A DNA stretch of 62,955 bases, filler included, from Atractiella rhizophila (GCA_021432655.1; 6 parts of 6 records of this genome joined end to end with filler, not necessarily neighbours in it), one strand, 5' to 3'; positions 34,754 to 49,209 are shown, counted from the whole stretch's first letter. A program made the numbers and translations. The notes: generated by a model from the sequence alone, not told the origin.

Positions 34754-35592
34754 TGTCGTTGTGAGTAGCAATTCAGATAGATTTGAAAGTCGAAAGTCAA
34801 CGAATAAGATCAGTATCAAGTAATATCGGTTGCTTAGAGAATGGCTAGAAACTCGAAAGAAAGAAAGAAAACCTTGGTGGATTCTGGGGGCCCTTTGTAA
34901 CAGGCCAGTGCCTTTATATACCCAGAGCGACAGAAATCAATTGGATGAGAATAAAGCGATTGAATAGGGGCTTTCGCGCTACACATCCTCCCGCTCAGAC
35001 GTGGCATGGGAACTCCCATTCTCTCATTCACGGGATCAATTCGCTGAGAATAGGGGTCATGTCGCTCACTCGCACCCAAACTCCCCAAAATCCACAAACT
35101 GCCAAAAGAACTCAGAAGCAGAAACTAACCTGGTAGTGGATAGTAGTAGTTAGTAGATAGTAAGGGTATAGACGTTAGATACTTCGTGCGGATGTCGTTG
35201 GTGCGAGTTGGACGATAAGGACCTTGTCTTGTGACTAGTTGCATGCCCTAACCCTACTGGTTCTAATTTCCAAAACACGATCGATTTCGATCAGGCGCGT
35301 AAAGGATTTTGGAGCGCCTGCAGCTTTAGGCACCTGTGGGTTGGAGAGCTGTATGAAAACGGCGAATTCCAACAGCCTTTTAGACGCAAAGAAATAATCT
35401 GAGAGGTTGCTTCATCACGAAATTGTGCGCGCTTTGAAATCTCTCTCGCGCTGTCAATCGAGTCTAGCCCGTGTTTCTGGTTTCTGGGATAGCTTCATCG
35501 CCTTGGATTTTACGAGTTTGTGAAGTGTATCTCCTGAGCTGTTGATACACATTGCTGTTCTGCTATTATTTAGCTGTTTCAAAGGACTTGAA

Positions 35593-36795
35593 ATGGGCCT
35601 CCTTGTTCTGGACAAAGCAGCCGTGGAGACGATCGAGTCTGGTCTCGAAACCACTGATGTCGTACGCTGTCCTCCTTCCAAATCAAATTGTTGCATCTCT
35701 CTTATACCCATACCCATCACCACAGTTGGACACCATAACCGATGCCCTCTGTCTCTTCTCCTCTCCCCCAACCCCAACGTCGATCGAAGTGCCGCACCGT
35801 CTTGCACTCTCCCTCTCCTCCCACAAATCACTCATCATGCCCTCCCGCGCCGTCCTTCCAGAGTCTCCTCCTCTCTCCACCATCAAGATCGTCTCCGTCC
35901 CACACTCCGGATCTGCTGCCGATGGATTACCTGCCACAGTGTTGGCTATGGATGAAACGACTGGTTTGGTTCGAGCCATTATCAATGGTGGTTCCCTTAC
36001 AGCACTTCGCACCGCGTTCGTCTCCTTCATCCATATTTCAAACAATAAGGTTAACATGGTGTGTGATACAGTGCAGCCTCAGCAATCGCGACCCGACTCT
36101 CGCTCGAGAAATCAGACACAGAATGGGGTCTAGCCATCGACATGTCCATCATCGGCGCCGGGCTACAAGCGTACTACCATGCACTGCTGCTCTCACACAC
36201 CATTCGACGGATCAAGGTGATCCACATCTACAACCGTTCTCTTCCGCGTCTCCAATCCCTCGTCACACTCCTCCGCCAACGGCTCGAGGACGTCTACATC
36301 GAGGGACACCTGTTAGAAGAATTGAAGAAGAAACCGAGGATGTTAGATGGAAGCAGGATCATTTGTACCTGCACTCCCTCTCTCGATCCCATCCTTACAC
36401 CGGGAATCCTCGACCTTTCCTTCCGGTCTAAACCCCTACATATCAATCTCATCGGCTCCTACACACCGCAAATGAAAGAGATCCATCCGTCCCTTCTCCC
36501 ACCTCGCATATTAGTCGACACGCGCGAAGGATGCCAAAAAGAGTTCGGGGAGTGGCTCTCGCTTTCTGAAGATGCCCGACCGGAGCTCGTCGAAGTGGGT
36601 GAGTGGATCAACGGGCTTCCAGACGAGGATGGAGCGGATGGAGGAGGAGGAGGGGAGGGTGAGGGAACGTGGGGAAAGGGCGACAGAGTGACGGTGTTTA
36701 AGAGTGTGGGTATGGGTGCGTTGGATACGGCGATCGCTGGGTTGGTACTTGAGGAAGCAGAGAGGAGGGCGGTGGGGAGGGAGGTGCCGTTCTGA
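35593..36795 (+). CDS. Ornithine cyclodeaminase / mu-crystallin family protein (3 exons)
   Basis: LIMPSR...IKIVSV...TTGLVRAIINGGSLTALRTA/AASAIAT...IIGAGLQA...HINLIGSYTPQMKE...TVFKSVGMGALD. Confidence 0.92.
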
Positions 36796-38391
36796 CCGTG
36801 TGTTGCCGTGAAAGGTCAGTTCAGAATGCCAGCGTTGTGCTGAAAGTAAAAGGGACTCGTTGTCAAAAGGAAGCATTGCTCCCTTTGGAGTCGAGTCGCA
36901 GAAATAAAGTGTTGTTTTGATTTAGTGTTTGTATCACGGCGCAACGTGATAGAACGAAGGTAAAACTTCGCAATTGTATTGTGTACTGTTATGATATGTA
37001 TGCTTTTCAGCGAATCTAGAATCGACATATTCGCGAAACCGTTTTCAGCTTGTCTTATCGACTCTAAAGTAGGACTGGATTTCAATTCTGCGGTTTCCGC
37101 CTCAGATAAGCATTAGACATTAGGAAGGCATGGGGTCTGGATCCCAATGACTGAACCGTGTTGTGGTAGGAAGAGCATGTTTGCGACGCAGAACCAGGAG
37201 CGAGGAGAAAAGCCGAAACGGTCTGCAAGAACTTAACTCGAAGTTTCGAACGAGCAGTTGCCTGCATAGGTCAGGTATCGACCCTGGACTTTCTGGCAGG
37301 TCGTTACTAGCGAGACAACGTGGTAGATTCACTGATTGAGATTATTAGATTCGGCTCGCTGCTGCCATGTGCGACTGAGCGTAGGTGGTTCGAACATGTT
37401 TGGAGGCTGATTGACAATGCAAGGGCAATGGAATGATAGATATTGAACCAAATTAATCCGTTCTTAAATGCGCGAAAAGTCAGGAAGGGTACGGCCAGTC
37501 GATTTCTTTAGTTTGGTAAGGTATGTCACGGAAGAATAGGTGGAATTTATGCCGTCGACTTGATTCTTTATCTTTCGTTCTACACATTGGAATCATCCTG
37601 CCTCCGTTTTCTTCAGTCATTGCAGATACACTGGCTCTCTTCAGAAGTAGGCAAGTTTGGCACATTTCATTCAGAAAAGTAGTTCGATAATGAGCATATG
37701 AGCTCTTTAGTACGTCAAGGCAAGAAGTGCCTCCCGAATGGGTAGAGTCGGAGGCATTTCTTTTCCCCATGGCATTGCTTGTCGAAAGAGGTTGACCTTT
37801 ATCGGTGACAATACTAAAGTAAGAAGTAGGAGGATTGCAACCAATTTAAAGGAATGCAGGAGAACTCAACAACTTCTTCTGCTCCCGCCGTAATAAGCTG
37901 CTGCATCTCATAGTCTAGATCTCATGATATCCTTCCAAAACCAACGACCTCCAAACAGGTTCCTTTCGTTTCGTGTTTCGTTGCTGTGAATTGTGATTGT
38001 CGACAGTCACGGGACCGTCACGGTCACCTCTCCGGCTGGTCAGGCAAGCTGAAGTTGGAAACGATAACGATCAACGACTCCTGCGACTCCAGCTGCAAGG
38101 CTCGCATTGGCTGAGTGCATTGGGCGATTAGAAGAATAGTACAGCGCAAGACTCCATGTAGCACCACGATTATAACATATTACCTCATCTACTCAGTAGG
38201 TGCTCATCTTATCAATCCAGCTGCAGCGAAACCAGGAGCTTGTGTCTTGGATTGCTTCTGCAAAGCGATGAACTAATCATATGCCGATAAGCAGATTCGA
38301 GAGCATTCCATACGTCGCAATCTAATCCGTAGCGGTGGAACCACAAGTCATCGCACCCATCGCACGTCTAAACCAAACACAGGAACAAGTC

Positions 38392-41276
38392 ATGGCCTCC
38401 ACTCCCTCCCGACCACCAGGGCCAGGACACCATCCCTACCCGTCCGGCATCTCCCTCAACACCTCCCTCGCCTCCTTCGACGACGGCGCCTCCCAGCGCT
38501 CCGCTTCACCACCCCCCAGCCCTGCATACACCACCACCCCTAGCGCAGCTCCAACGTCCAATCCGTTCTTCCCCGCCTCCCCGATCCAGAGAGCGCAGAC
38601 GCAGCTGAGCAAGAGGAGCACCGCGATGGATGGTGTGGGTGGTGGCGCGGGTGCCACGGGAATGAAGAGAGCGGCGAGTGCAGCTGGAGCGAGGAAGGGA
38701 GAGAGAGGACGGTATGAGAAGATTGACCAAATCATTCAGGTGCGTCCATCCTATCATTTCGGGGGGAAGATACATCTTGGGTCGTATTACATTACATTAC
38801 ATTACATTACATAAATTGGTCACCTTATCGCTGTCGCTGTAGCTGTTGAATCAGCCATTTGAAGCTTACCGCTCTCCTGACTCGCAGGACTGTTGACTCG
38901 ACAGAGCATTCACTGATGGCTCCTACAGCACTTCTACGCCAAAGTTACCCAAGTCGTTGCCCAATCACGCGTCTCACCGCTCGACTCTTCCACCACGACA
39001 ACCGGCAGGAAAGCCTCGCGGATCGACAAATGGGTTCGCCGCTCTCTCATTGCGGGAGATGAAATGCATGATTGATGGATGGGTTTAACAGTTCAGTCTC
39101 GAGATTGAGGACTCGGATTTCTTCAAGGACGACCTCCGGACGTGGAGGAACATGTCCTCCATCCTTGGTCTCTCCTCCTCCGCTTCCTCGAGCAACAACA
39201 TCGCCGGACCCTCGTCGCCGCGTGTCACTTCTACATTAGAGGTTCCCGACCTCGTCCTTGAAATCCTCGTCGAAGCAGTCAACATGACGCACCAACAAGC
39301 GCTCGTCCTCACGGATCAAAAGGGGCATCGAACAAAAGTAGACGACGCCCCCAACCTCAATGCGGACGTCTCACCAACCACTCCCCTCCCAATAAACCGA
39401 AAGAAGACCCGCGTCGTCCTAGAAAGATGGCGACTGAGTTTCGAACCGTCGATCCCGAATCCGCCGCCGGAGCTTCCTCTCGTGTACAAGAAGTGTATCA
39501 TCCTCTTTAGGACCCTTTATACCCTCCTCAGAACCTTGCCTTCTTGGTCCCTCTTCCGTAGACTCTCTAGACGCTCGGGAATCCGAATATCCAGTCGACT
39601 GGTCGATTCTCGTTCCCCCGAACCCCTCTCCACGGACGAGGTCCCACTTGAAGCTTCGATATTACCGGAAGAAGAAAGGAGCGGACCCTCAGAGACATTC
39701 GAGTTCGGATCCATCCTCACCCCTCTCGGTGCCCTCACTTTACAATGCAGCTATCGTTTGAACGTCGACTTTGCAGTCGAAGACCTGGATGCGATCGCCA
39801 CGTCCAGATTCATAGAAGAGGACATGTTTAAGCCGACCGTTGCCAGGTTCCGACAGGCTGGTTCGTTGCCGACGGGCAAGAGTCCGCCGATTGAGAAGGA
39901 GAGGGAGAAGAAGCAGACTTACGGCTCGCTTTCTTCTCGACACCTCTTGGCCAATGCTAGAGACTCGTCCCAGCCGTCGACCTCGCCAACTGAGATTCAG
40001 CGTCCGAGCGCTCCTGCACCCCTGCAGCGACCGCCAATACCTGTCCCACTCATGGACAAGTCTAAACCGCTGGGAGTCACTCCTCCTGGAAGCATAAGTT
40101 CAGGATCGAATCGCTACGGAAGCTATGGAGACGTCGAACCAGCTTTTGTAGCTTCACGAACGCGAACACAAAGCTTGGGGCTAGGGAGCAGCGGTCGGGT
40201 TCATCGTTTCTCATCCCTTCAATCCTTCCCTCTGACCTAAATCTTCTGTCTAGGACGCAGTCGCGCCCCTTCCGTTGCGCCAACGTCAGACGTCGACTTC
40301 AGGGGGACGAATGAACGCGGTCGGGTCCCCATCTACGTCCGCTAACTCCCCCCTCTTCCGTCCCGGCTCCTTCATCGGCGCTCGACACTCCAGTTCCGCA
40401 TCTCCAGGCTCTGCTTCCCCATCCACCACCTCCTCCGTCAACCGTCCCATCTCGTCCCTCTTCCCACAACCAGCCCGTGCAGGCTCCGTCCCCTCCCCGC
40501 GTCCCATTGCTGGGTCCGTCCCTGGACGAAGGTACTCGAGCGGAAAGTATGCGCAGAGCTATGGCCAAGGATCGTCTCTCGGCTCCAACGAGCCTTTCCC
40601 AACAGACAACTCTCCGTCACGATCGAGTTGGGACGCCGGACAAGCGGCTGAAGGAAGCTCGACCACTTCGGTCGGGAGCAACCTCCCGCTGCCACTGCCA
40701 GTCACGGACGCGGACGACATCAACTCGTTCCTGAGCCTGATCGACTCGAGACCGCAGTTGATGGCGAAGAGCGCGAGGAGGAGCAGGGTCATTTCGAAGA
40801 GTCAGGCGGACGAAGCGTTGCGCAGGATTCAGGGGAATATGATCTCTTCTCTCTCGGCTGATCAGGGCTTTGCCGCTGCCGCTTCTGTACCCGTTGCTGG
40901 TCCTTCTAGGAGGAGTAAGCTGTCAATGGAAGGTGGGAGGGCGGAGGTGGTGGTTGAGGAGGAGGAAGATGCGGAGCGAGAGAGAGAGCGGGAGAGGGAG
41001 CGGACGAACAGTCCAGAGTCGCCCAGGTTTCGGAGTCGTCCTGTGACGCTTTCGTCGAGGAATAATAGCTTCTCGTCCATGCGAGGGACGCCGTTTCCTT
41101 CGTATGGCAGCTCGAACAGTCTCAGACGGTTAGCGGGTGGCGAAGGAGGATCGAGCTCAATAGAAGACGGACCGATTGGACGTCTCGAGCTTAGGGACGA
41201 GTTTGATGCGACGGGGAGCGGAGATGAGAGCGATAGGAGTAGGAGGTGGAACTTGAGACGGCCTTCGGGCCTTTGA
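38392..41276 (+). CDS. ATG13: Autophagy protein Atg13 (N-terminal HORMA domain, Ser-rich tail)
   Basis: KIDQIIQ/HFYAKVTQVVAQSR...DKW/FSLEI...LRTW...VVLERW...VYKKCIILFRTLYTLLRTLPSW...CSYRLNVDF. Confidence 0.92.
38786..38812. repeat. (ATTAC)n pentanucleotide microsatellite in ATG13 intron 1
   Basis: attacattacattacattacattacat. Confidence 0.9.
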
Positions 41277-43067
41277 TTATTCATTATCGTGACTGTACCC
41301 TTTGACTTTCAATATGGATCCTCGTAGCTGCATAACACCTTTCATCATATCATTTCAACTCATTAGTCTCCATTGACCCCTTCTCAACGATTTCGGATAC
41401 TGAGCTCGAGCGACCAATCCATTGTTCAGATGCGGGTCTCTTGGTCTGTAAACTTAGACAACTCGTTTCTAGTGACACAAGTTTGCAGGTGTTCTTCTCC
41501 TTGCAGTTGCATAATCCCGCTCATCCATCATCACCATCATCACAACATGCGCTACAAGCCATGAGTCATGTTCCTCTTCCATACTTCAATGATCATCCAG
41601 CAGTCAACACCATGGCCATTCTGGGAAAACGTGTCGTACGATTTATTCCATACAATTCTAATGAGAGACGAAACAAGACGAGAAGTGGTCTGACGAGGTT
41701 GAGTTCAGTGAGGATTGAACGACGCGGTCGAAGTGAATTTGGAGACAAGCAGCCCGCAGATGGAGCTGTAGATTGAGAGCTTGGTGGCGCGATGTTTCAA
41801 GCCTTTAAAGGCCTGTAGGACGAGAAAGGTAAATGTTTCTGCTTTTGTCTAGGTTCTGCCCTCATCAGCGAGCAAACGATGGCGTGTGGTTGGTTAGGCG
41901 CGTCGTATGAGATTCAGGAGGAGAGTATGTATGTGTGCGCTGTTTCTTTACCCGAACAAAACGTTCTTTTCATCTTTAAAAATAAAGAATCTTTTCTAAC
42001 CAGCACCAGCAGACATTACTGCATAGTATTGCCTGCTGGAAGTTGCTGATTCTGAATAAAGTTGAAGAATCGATGTCTTCCTGCAACTGACTGATCATGG
42101 ATGTGTCACTTTTTTCTCGCAATGATGGAGAGGAAGCTTTCCTGAAGTGGCGCGAAGCTGGCAGCTTTGCAGTACAAAGCCCTGCTAGGAACAACTAACG
42201 TCCCAAGGCTCCACTCCTGATTGTCAAGCATGAAAGGAAGATAACTTGCTTTGCTACCAACATGTACTGGGGGAAACTGTTCTTTGACCCGAAGTCATTT
42301 CGTTTGCTGCAGTACTTTCTCCATAAACGATGGGAACTGTCCGCGGAATGATGTTTCAGACATGGTTAGACAACGCTTACTATTATTTCATTGTCTAAGT
42401 CTAAGCTTGCAGCGCTTGGAGAGTCGAAATCGAAAGCTTCTTCGTTTCTTCCTACGTCGATTGACTTTATCCAGTCGCGTTTGCGCCTTGCACGACCAAT
42501 TCAAGCTGAGGCTGAGCTCGATTTAAAGGACATCCCCTGTTTGCAATGTCTTATGTCCATGAGAATACGTCGCAGCCTTTCCAATACGTTTCAGAAGTGA
42601 AACTTGTGAATAGTGAGGCTCCTGAAGCTGAAAGTAGTGGCGTCGATTTCAACAACTGGGAGTCACGTGCAGGCGACATCTCTTTTTATGGCACCCCACC
42701 ATCTCACGTCAATAATCAGGAGGTCATTTCGTTTGTCAACAAATCAACAACGCTTCATGATCGCTACCCGTGAAATGGTCGATTTTGTTCAATGGCTCCG
42801 TCCCACCCTTGCTCGCCAGGACAGGAGAAGAGACGGTTTTCCGAGGCTGGCACCGGTCCTCGAGCGAACAACTTGAGGACGCGGAGCTCCTGTTGTATGC
42901 ACAGCTTGGAATGTATTGGATACTCTTTGTCACCAAAGAGGGCATAAGAAAGTGGTGATTTGCTGTTTGAGGTTGATTTTCAGTGGCGGTTGTCTAGCAA
43001 GTGGTAGAAAACCCCATTCCTCTATCCAATCCCCTCCTGGTATTCAACATTTTTGTGGCTTTGGAGA

Positions 43068-43856
43068 ATGACCACTCCATCTGGATCGACGCAGGACCTG
43101 CTCTCATACTCCTCCGACCCAAACCGCATACGAAAAGGACCACCTGCCCCCCTTTCCCTCGGTTCACGCTCTCTCCTGCCCTACAAACGCGCGGATTCAT
43201 ATGGCCTCCTCTCCCCTTTTCCTGTCAACGACGCACATGCATCCCCCTCCGCCTCTTCCTCCTACTCTCTCGGCACGGATGAAGACTCAAGAGAGGAAAA
43301 ATGGAGGCGGTACAGGGAAGAGAGATTGAATGAAGTTCGGCAGAACTTGGCTGCGAAAGAAGAGGGGAAAAGTGGGAGGAAAAGCAGCACTCCATCCTTG
43401 TCCCTGTTCTCTTCAGGGTTTGGATGGTGGAAGAGGAAGTCTACAAGTCGAGCGCTGAACACTAGTAACGATGGGCCCACCATTGAGTTGAGACCTTGGG
43501 TATGCTAGTAACTGCTTCTGCAACGAGTAACTGACGGCTGAAACAGATACCATGGCCATTTCGACCTTGGGTACGGGCCTCTGATTTCTGCTAGCTATTC
43601 ATGACATTTGCCGGAAAGGTTGTTGCTCTTTTCATTATATTTCAACTCGCAGTTGCAGTCCTTATCGAGGTTCTCTACGTCTGGTCCAAGGTACTTTACC
43701 CCCCTCACAGAGATGGAAAGCTCATCACAGTCAAGTAGAGAATAAAAGGTTTCGCGACCTTTGCAGACTCTGACGATTACTCCTCAGCCCACTTTCTCTA
43801 CACTGTACCTAGTGTCCTCATTACTTTCCCGTTTATCGGTATTTGGACTTCCATCG
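43068..43856 (+). CDS. DUF3433-like membrane protein, N-terminal part (stops at an inversion junction)
   Basis: Spliced: ...ELRPW/IPWPFRPW/VVALFIIFQLAVAVLIEVLYVWSK/RIKGF...HFLYTVPSVLITFPFIGIWTSI. Confidence 0.6.
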
Positions 43857-44948
43857 GTCGCTATAGTTCCCGGCTCATGAGCAAGACGGAGGTACCTTGA
43901 GGTATATCGTTATTCTACTTGTTGAAAAGCACAAGGGAGAAAGCGTACCGCCTTTGACGTGCATGGATGATGGCCACAAGTAGAGCAGAGATGGCGAGAA
44001 AACCAAATATGCCAGCAAGGACATGGGCGGGTCCTCGCGAAACCCAAAGGCGAGGTTCAACTGACTTCACTGCCCCAGCAATGTCGACTGATCCATCAGC
44101 CCAAGCGCTGAAGTAGGTTTGTGCGGCAACAATGGTGAGGAAAGTTGTCTATCGTAGGGTCACGACCAGTCTCGATATGAACATGCCAAGACTCACATAA
44201 ATTGACGTTGTGTTCGAAAGAAGCTGGCCATTCTGAAAGGCCGAGTCCTGTCCACTAGAGACTGTTTGGAAGATCGCTGCTGCAAGAGAGTTTCTCGCGT
44301 TGGCTATTTGATTTTGGACATGGACGTTTTGGGATGAAGTGTTGAATCCCAACCTATACATTGTTGAGCATGACACCGAAGCAAATGCATGAAACAAGGA
44401 GTTACAACATACCCGTTCAGAGCACGACCGTTCAACGGATTGCCAGAGACTGAGTTGCCCACTCCCGTAATATTGCCAATAATTTGTGCCGCTAAGAGCT
44501 GCTCCTTATTGATGTCGACGCTTGCTAGCACTTCATAGATATTGAGTGTCGGAGCACAAACAATGACCCGTCCACTGTCGACATTCACGGTGCCTCCATT
44601 CGCCAATATAGGGTCGGACGTGTTCAGAATGTAGAACATAACAGGCAAAAATCGATCATCCTCCCCTGCCGCGCCATCGCATACAAACACCCCGGAGCCA
44701 TAAACTTCATCTCCTGTCGCGCTTGGGTGGATTGTGAAAGTGTGATTACATCCAGCTGTGACACTGACTTTGTATCCTGTCGAGATGACCGTTGACGCCA
44801 TTCCCTGCATCGACGCTCCTTCTGCCTCTCTGCAACCAGGTATGGACTGAATAGCCGTTGTGTTCCCAATTGCCGTCCCGTTTTTTGGCTTATCTGGAAG
44901 GAAGAAACGGGCGATGGTCCAGTCTCCTGCTGTGAAACTGGGACCTTT
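43857..44948 (-). CDS. DUF3433-like membrane protein, luminal/C-terminal part in opposite orientation
   Basis: GPSFTAGDWTIARF...VIVCAPTL...GNPLNGRALNG/LGF.../TTFLTIVAAQTYF...RLWVSRGPAHVLAGIFGFLAISALLVAIIHARQR/RYLRLAHEPGTIAT. Confidence 0.6.
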
Positions 44949-45721
44949 NNNNNNNNNNNNNNNNNNNNNNNNNNNNNNNNNNNNNNNNNNNNTTAATTAA
45001 TTAANNNNNNNNNNNNNNNNNNNNNNNNNNNNNNNNNNNNNNNNNNNNGCAATGTCTCACGTCATTTCGCAAGACCAACGAAACTCGGTGCATTCCTTGA
45101 TGCACTCCTGTCTACGACGTGGACGTGACACGCACCGTGGCACCATATTCTCGAATGTGTTCAAGTTGACCCAGGCGGGTAATAATGCATTAGTTCAGGC
45201 ATTCGATAATGATGTGCTTTCGCTCTCGTCGAGGCAGAATCATATCGACCATGCCAGGACTCGGAGGAACCCAAGTCGTAATAAACGACAGCCTTAGTTC
45301 ATCACTTCGAGCGCACACTCCACCTCACTTTGGCTCGGAACACAGAAATTCCGCGACAAAAACCGTCGTACCTGAAAGCAGGTTTGAGGCAAGCAATGCC
45401 TCGGCAATGAGTTTGCCGCGTCAACTCGTTACAGCAGCACAACCTTGATTACTGATTACTGTGCGCTTCCACTAATCATCCAAGCGCTGAAATTCAGATC
45501 GTTGGAATATAGAGGCTTTGATCGATATTAATGAATTGATCTCGTTTGATTTGGTGGTCACGTGGCTATACCAACACTAAACAATGATAGGTATCAATGT
45601 TGTGCAGTTTAGAGTCAGAACCTCAACGGCAGAACAACCTAGAACAAAAGCAACACAATTCACAACAAAATATAAGTACTAGTGAGTTTGCTTGTGAGTT
45701 TTGTCAATGTCAACTATACAG

Positions 45722-47335
45722 CTAAACCGACACCAACACCATGGATGGCCGTTTTCTATCATCTTCCTCCTGAAAGACGACGGTTTTCCAGTTCCCCTTC
45801 GTCTCTCTCAGCAAATTTTCGGTCTCATTAACCAAGATATCCAGCTCCTTCTGCTCATTTTTCCAAAAATGATAGAACATCCCTTTCAATTCCAGTATTT
45901 TGAGGCTCTCGTGTCCTTGAAACGCATCCGAAACGTTCTGCATCAATTCAATTGCAGCATATCCCCTCAGAATCAACCTCTTCAACCTCGGGGTCGCTAT
46001 TGCCAGGCGTCGAAAAACATCGAGCTGGTCGCGTGGCAGGTAGACTTCGAGGATCTCCAAGTTTGGAAAACCGTCTAGAGCACGAACAAAGGTTTCTTCT
46101 GCAGGAAGGTGATGTTCATCATCGATCCATCCCATGCCGCTAAGGTGTTCAAGGACAACAAGTCGCTTCAATGTCTTCACGCCTAATTTTCCGAGATCTT
46201 CGATGTGATTCCTCAGGCCAGTAAAAGACTCAAGAGACGAAAATGCTCCGGTTTGGATGCCTGCGAGAGGGACAGTTTGTTCCGGGTGGAGGTTGTTGTA
46301 TTCGAGGATGTTCCTCTCCGAAGAAGTGATCTGAAGAGTTCGGAGTTGAGGATGCGCGAGGAAAAATCTATGAACAGAGGGGGAGGGACCGTAACCAAAT
46401 TTCTCCTGGATCATGTCGGCGTCGTGACAGTATGCACCTAACAAAGAGAGGTGAACGAGCGAGGGCCAGTTTGCAGTCTCAAGCAGGGAAGCGATGGATG
46501 CGAAATCAGCGGTTGTCCTTCCCTCCCGATCATTGTGGAACATAAGATGGAGGTCCAAAGACGTGAGAGCCTTATTTCGGACAAGCCAGTCAAATAGATC
46601 CTTTGTGTAAGGATCGTAGTCGGCGACGGTCTCATAGTCTGCACATACGTGTCACTGTAGCCTATATGTAGGCAATTAATGGAAGCTTACCCCTGAAAAC
46701 ATGTTCGTGCGTTTCCAACGAAATCTTCTTCCAGAATGTGAGATTGTGTAGCTGTTCCAGTTTCAGTGATAGCCCTTAACGAGAGGAGATATCACACAGA
46801 GTTAGGGTCTTCTGGCGATCCATAAGGGAAATTTCGAAGCTTCAACTCGTAAAGCCGAGTAAAGTTTCCTGTTTCGATCGTTTCCCAGATTATATTGTCT
46901 GTCAAGAGGTCCTCAGGGAAGTACCATCCTTCCACACATGAGGCCAGCACCTCATCTCAATCTAAATAAAGTTGACGTACCATCAAAATCACTTGGGGCA
47001 GAATATGAAAAGCTGAGACTTTCCAGATTGTGTTGCAGCACATCATTCTCCAACAAAGCAATGACACTGCTATGGACGTCATCATTTTCTGAAGGCTTCG
47101 CACCATAAAGCCCTAAATGGGTAATATGTTGTATCAACTCCGGCTTCTCCAGGACTGTCCGCACTGCTGAGCATCGACCCTTATTGAAGCCCACAATCAA
47201 GCGATAAAGAGTAGGGGTAGAAAGGTCATGCAAAGCTTTGCATACGCGATTGAACCGTGACAAGGAAGGAAGGGGGAGATAGTCCGCTATTAGGATGCAG
47301 ATTTCGACTGGAAGGCCGAGAAGTCCGCCTGTCAT
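45722..47335 (-). CDS. F-box protein with leucine-rich C-terminus, multi-exon
   Basis: LLGLPVEICILIADYLPLPSLSRFNRVCKALHDLSTPTLYR F-box; WPSLVHLSL, HPQLRTLQI, FPNLEILEV, TPRLKRLIL repeats. Confidence 0.8.
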
Positions 47336-49209
47336 TTCGCTTAAATGCCTGGAAGAACTAAAGAGTTGCGCGTTTTACTTGACTGAGAGCGACTTGGCTG
47401 AGAGCGATCCTTTCCCTTTATAATGGGAGCCGTACCTAGGCGGTATGTGATGGAACATGACAACATATGTCTGCCCTTACTGGCACTGCTCAATAATGCT
47501 TCTTCATGGGAGCTTGCAGCGGAGATATGATTTGGAACTTGGTCACTGCCCAACTCATCGACCCTTGTGCCGGGAAAATCAAGGTTTCCAGCAACGCCTC
47601 ACAAGAAACCTGCGCGCTTCAGTGTCAGCGTCCGGAAACCGCGGGTCAATAAGGCGGAAACCACGGGGCAATATCACCAGTTTCTTCCAAAAAGGGCAAG
47701 TAACACGTTGTGCCCAAGTCCACGTCTGGCATTTGAGGAACTCGCTAGGTATCTGTCCGTACTTTTATTACTGGATGAGAAAGGGTACGGGTACAATACG
47801 TCTCGTCCATCAAGGATGAGGATCTGTGAAGCACTGCCAATGCAATCATTGAGCTACACAAATAGCGATAATTCTCGGTTGCTTTGAGGATTAGGATAGT
47901 CTCAAGCAAGAAAGCTCCACCGTGAGAGTCCAAGTCCAATTTTTTAGCAGAAACATCCTCGTATAATGCAATCCACTTCACGGTTTGCTCATTAGCTTAC
48001 CCACCACAGCAATCCAATCGTTTCACAATCATATCTGTTTTATAGATCAAGAATGAAATGACTGCTGAAAGACGAAACAGTGCTTGTTTTTGTTAACTAT
48101 CCTATAGCTATACTTTGTACTGAAGCCTTTAGATCGACAAGGAGGTTCCTGCGGCACGTTTCGATGTGTTTATGTGTAGGGATCGAACCATCCAGATTGC
48201 AACATCTAGGTCTCAACAGAACATTTATTTAGTGAGGGTTCCTGTTGGCATCAGATCTTGAATTATTTTGACGCTTAAAGAGGTGGAGTTGATACAAATA
48301 AAAGGTAAAAACACTGTGCTAGGTGGCAGGTTGCAGGCCTTCAGCGAGCCTTCGTGAAGAGTGACAACAGGGACTCGATCACACAGTAGATCATTTCACA
48401 AGCAATTCGCTCACTATCTGAAAGGAGCTGCAGGACGCGAGACGCAGAACGGCTTGTCATGATGTCTACTTTTAAAAAAAATCGATTCTTCCAACATGGT
48501 TGCTCCTCAAGCATGAAAGAGGCACGGTTGGAATGGTGTCAAATCTCGTTTGTGCCTTTAGGCAGCTTAATCTGCACAGTAAGCACCTCGGAAGGCGCCT
48601 ACGCCCTAAAAGCTTCCAGACTGTTCACAGCCCCTTGCATCAGAGCAAAAGTAATGAAAGCTCACATCGATGTCCATTTAGCCGACATTTCAGCCTGGCA
48701 TTCTGCATCTCCTGAATCTTCGCACAGTTCTCTCAATTTCCCGTATTTTCCCCCTGCCGCTCCTAACAGGCTCCTAATTCTCCTCCATATAACGACAGAG
48801 TTTCCTCTCATGCCATGGTTCTTTCCAACCATCTGCAAGGTTGAGCCTTCTCACCACACTTTCGATAAGATCACTTCTTTTCCCAACCCCATCCCAGAAA
48901 CACCACGAATAGTATATTCACGCGTCTAGACCGGCCGTACAACGTAATCTTCTAGAAAACAAAGGTCCACGCCTCCTAATCGAGTGTCGCAGCGTGGGAG
49001 AACGGGTGGTCCTCCACTTTTGTAAACAGCCAAGTACATCCATAATTCTTCATCCCAGTGTCCCCCAACTCACTTCATGCGCTATTAGAACTTAGTATTA
49101 TCCACCGCCAACAACTTATAATTCAAAGCTACACATAAAAGCCGACGTTGTTAGTATTTCTTCCAGAAGCTCCTTCAAGCTTCAAGTTCGACCTGACACT
49201 GTCACCAAT

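Noticed and set aside
41300..43000. Short ORFs between ATG13 and the DUF3433-like gene (also 14430-15800 and 47400-49100)
   Set aside because: No recognisable domains or convincing splice structure.
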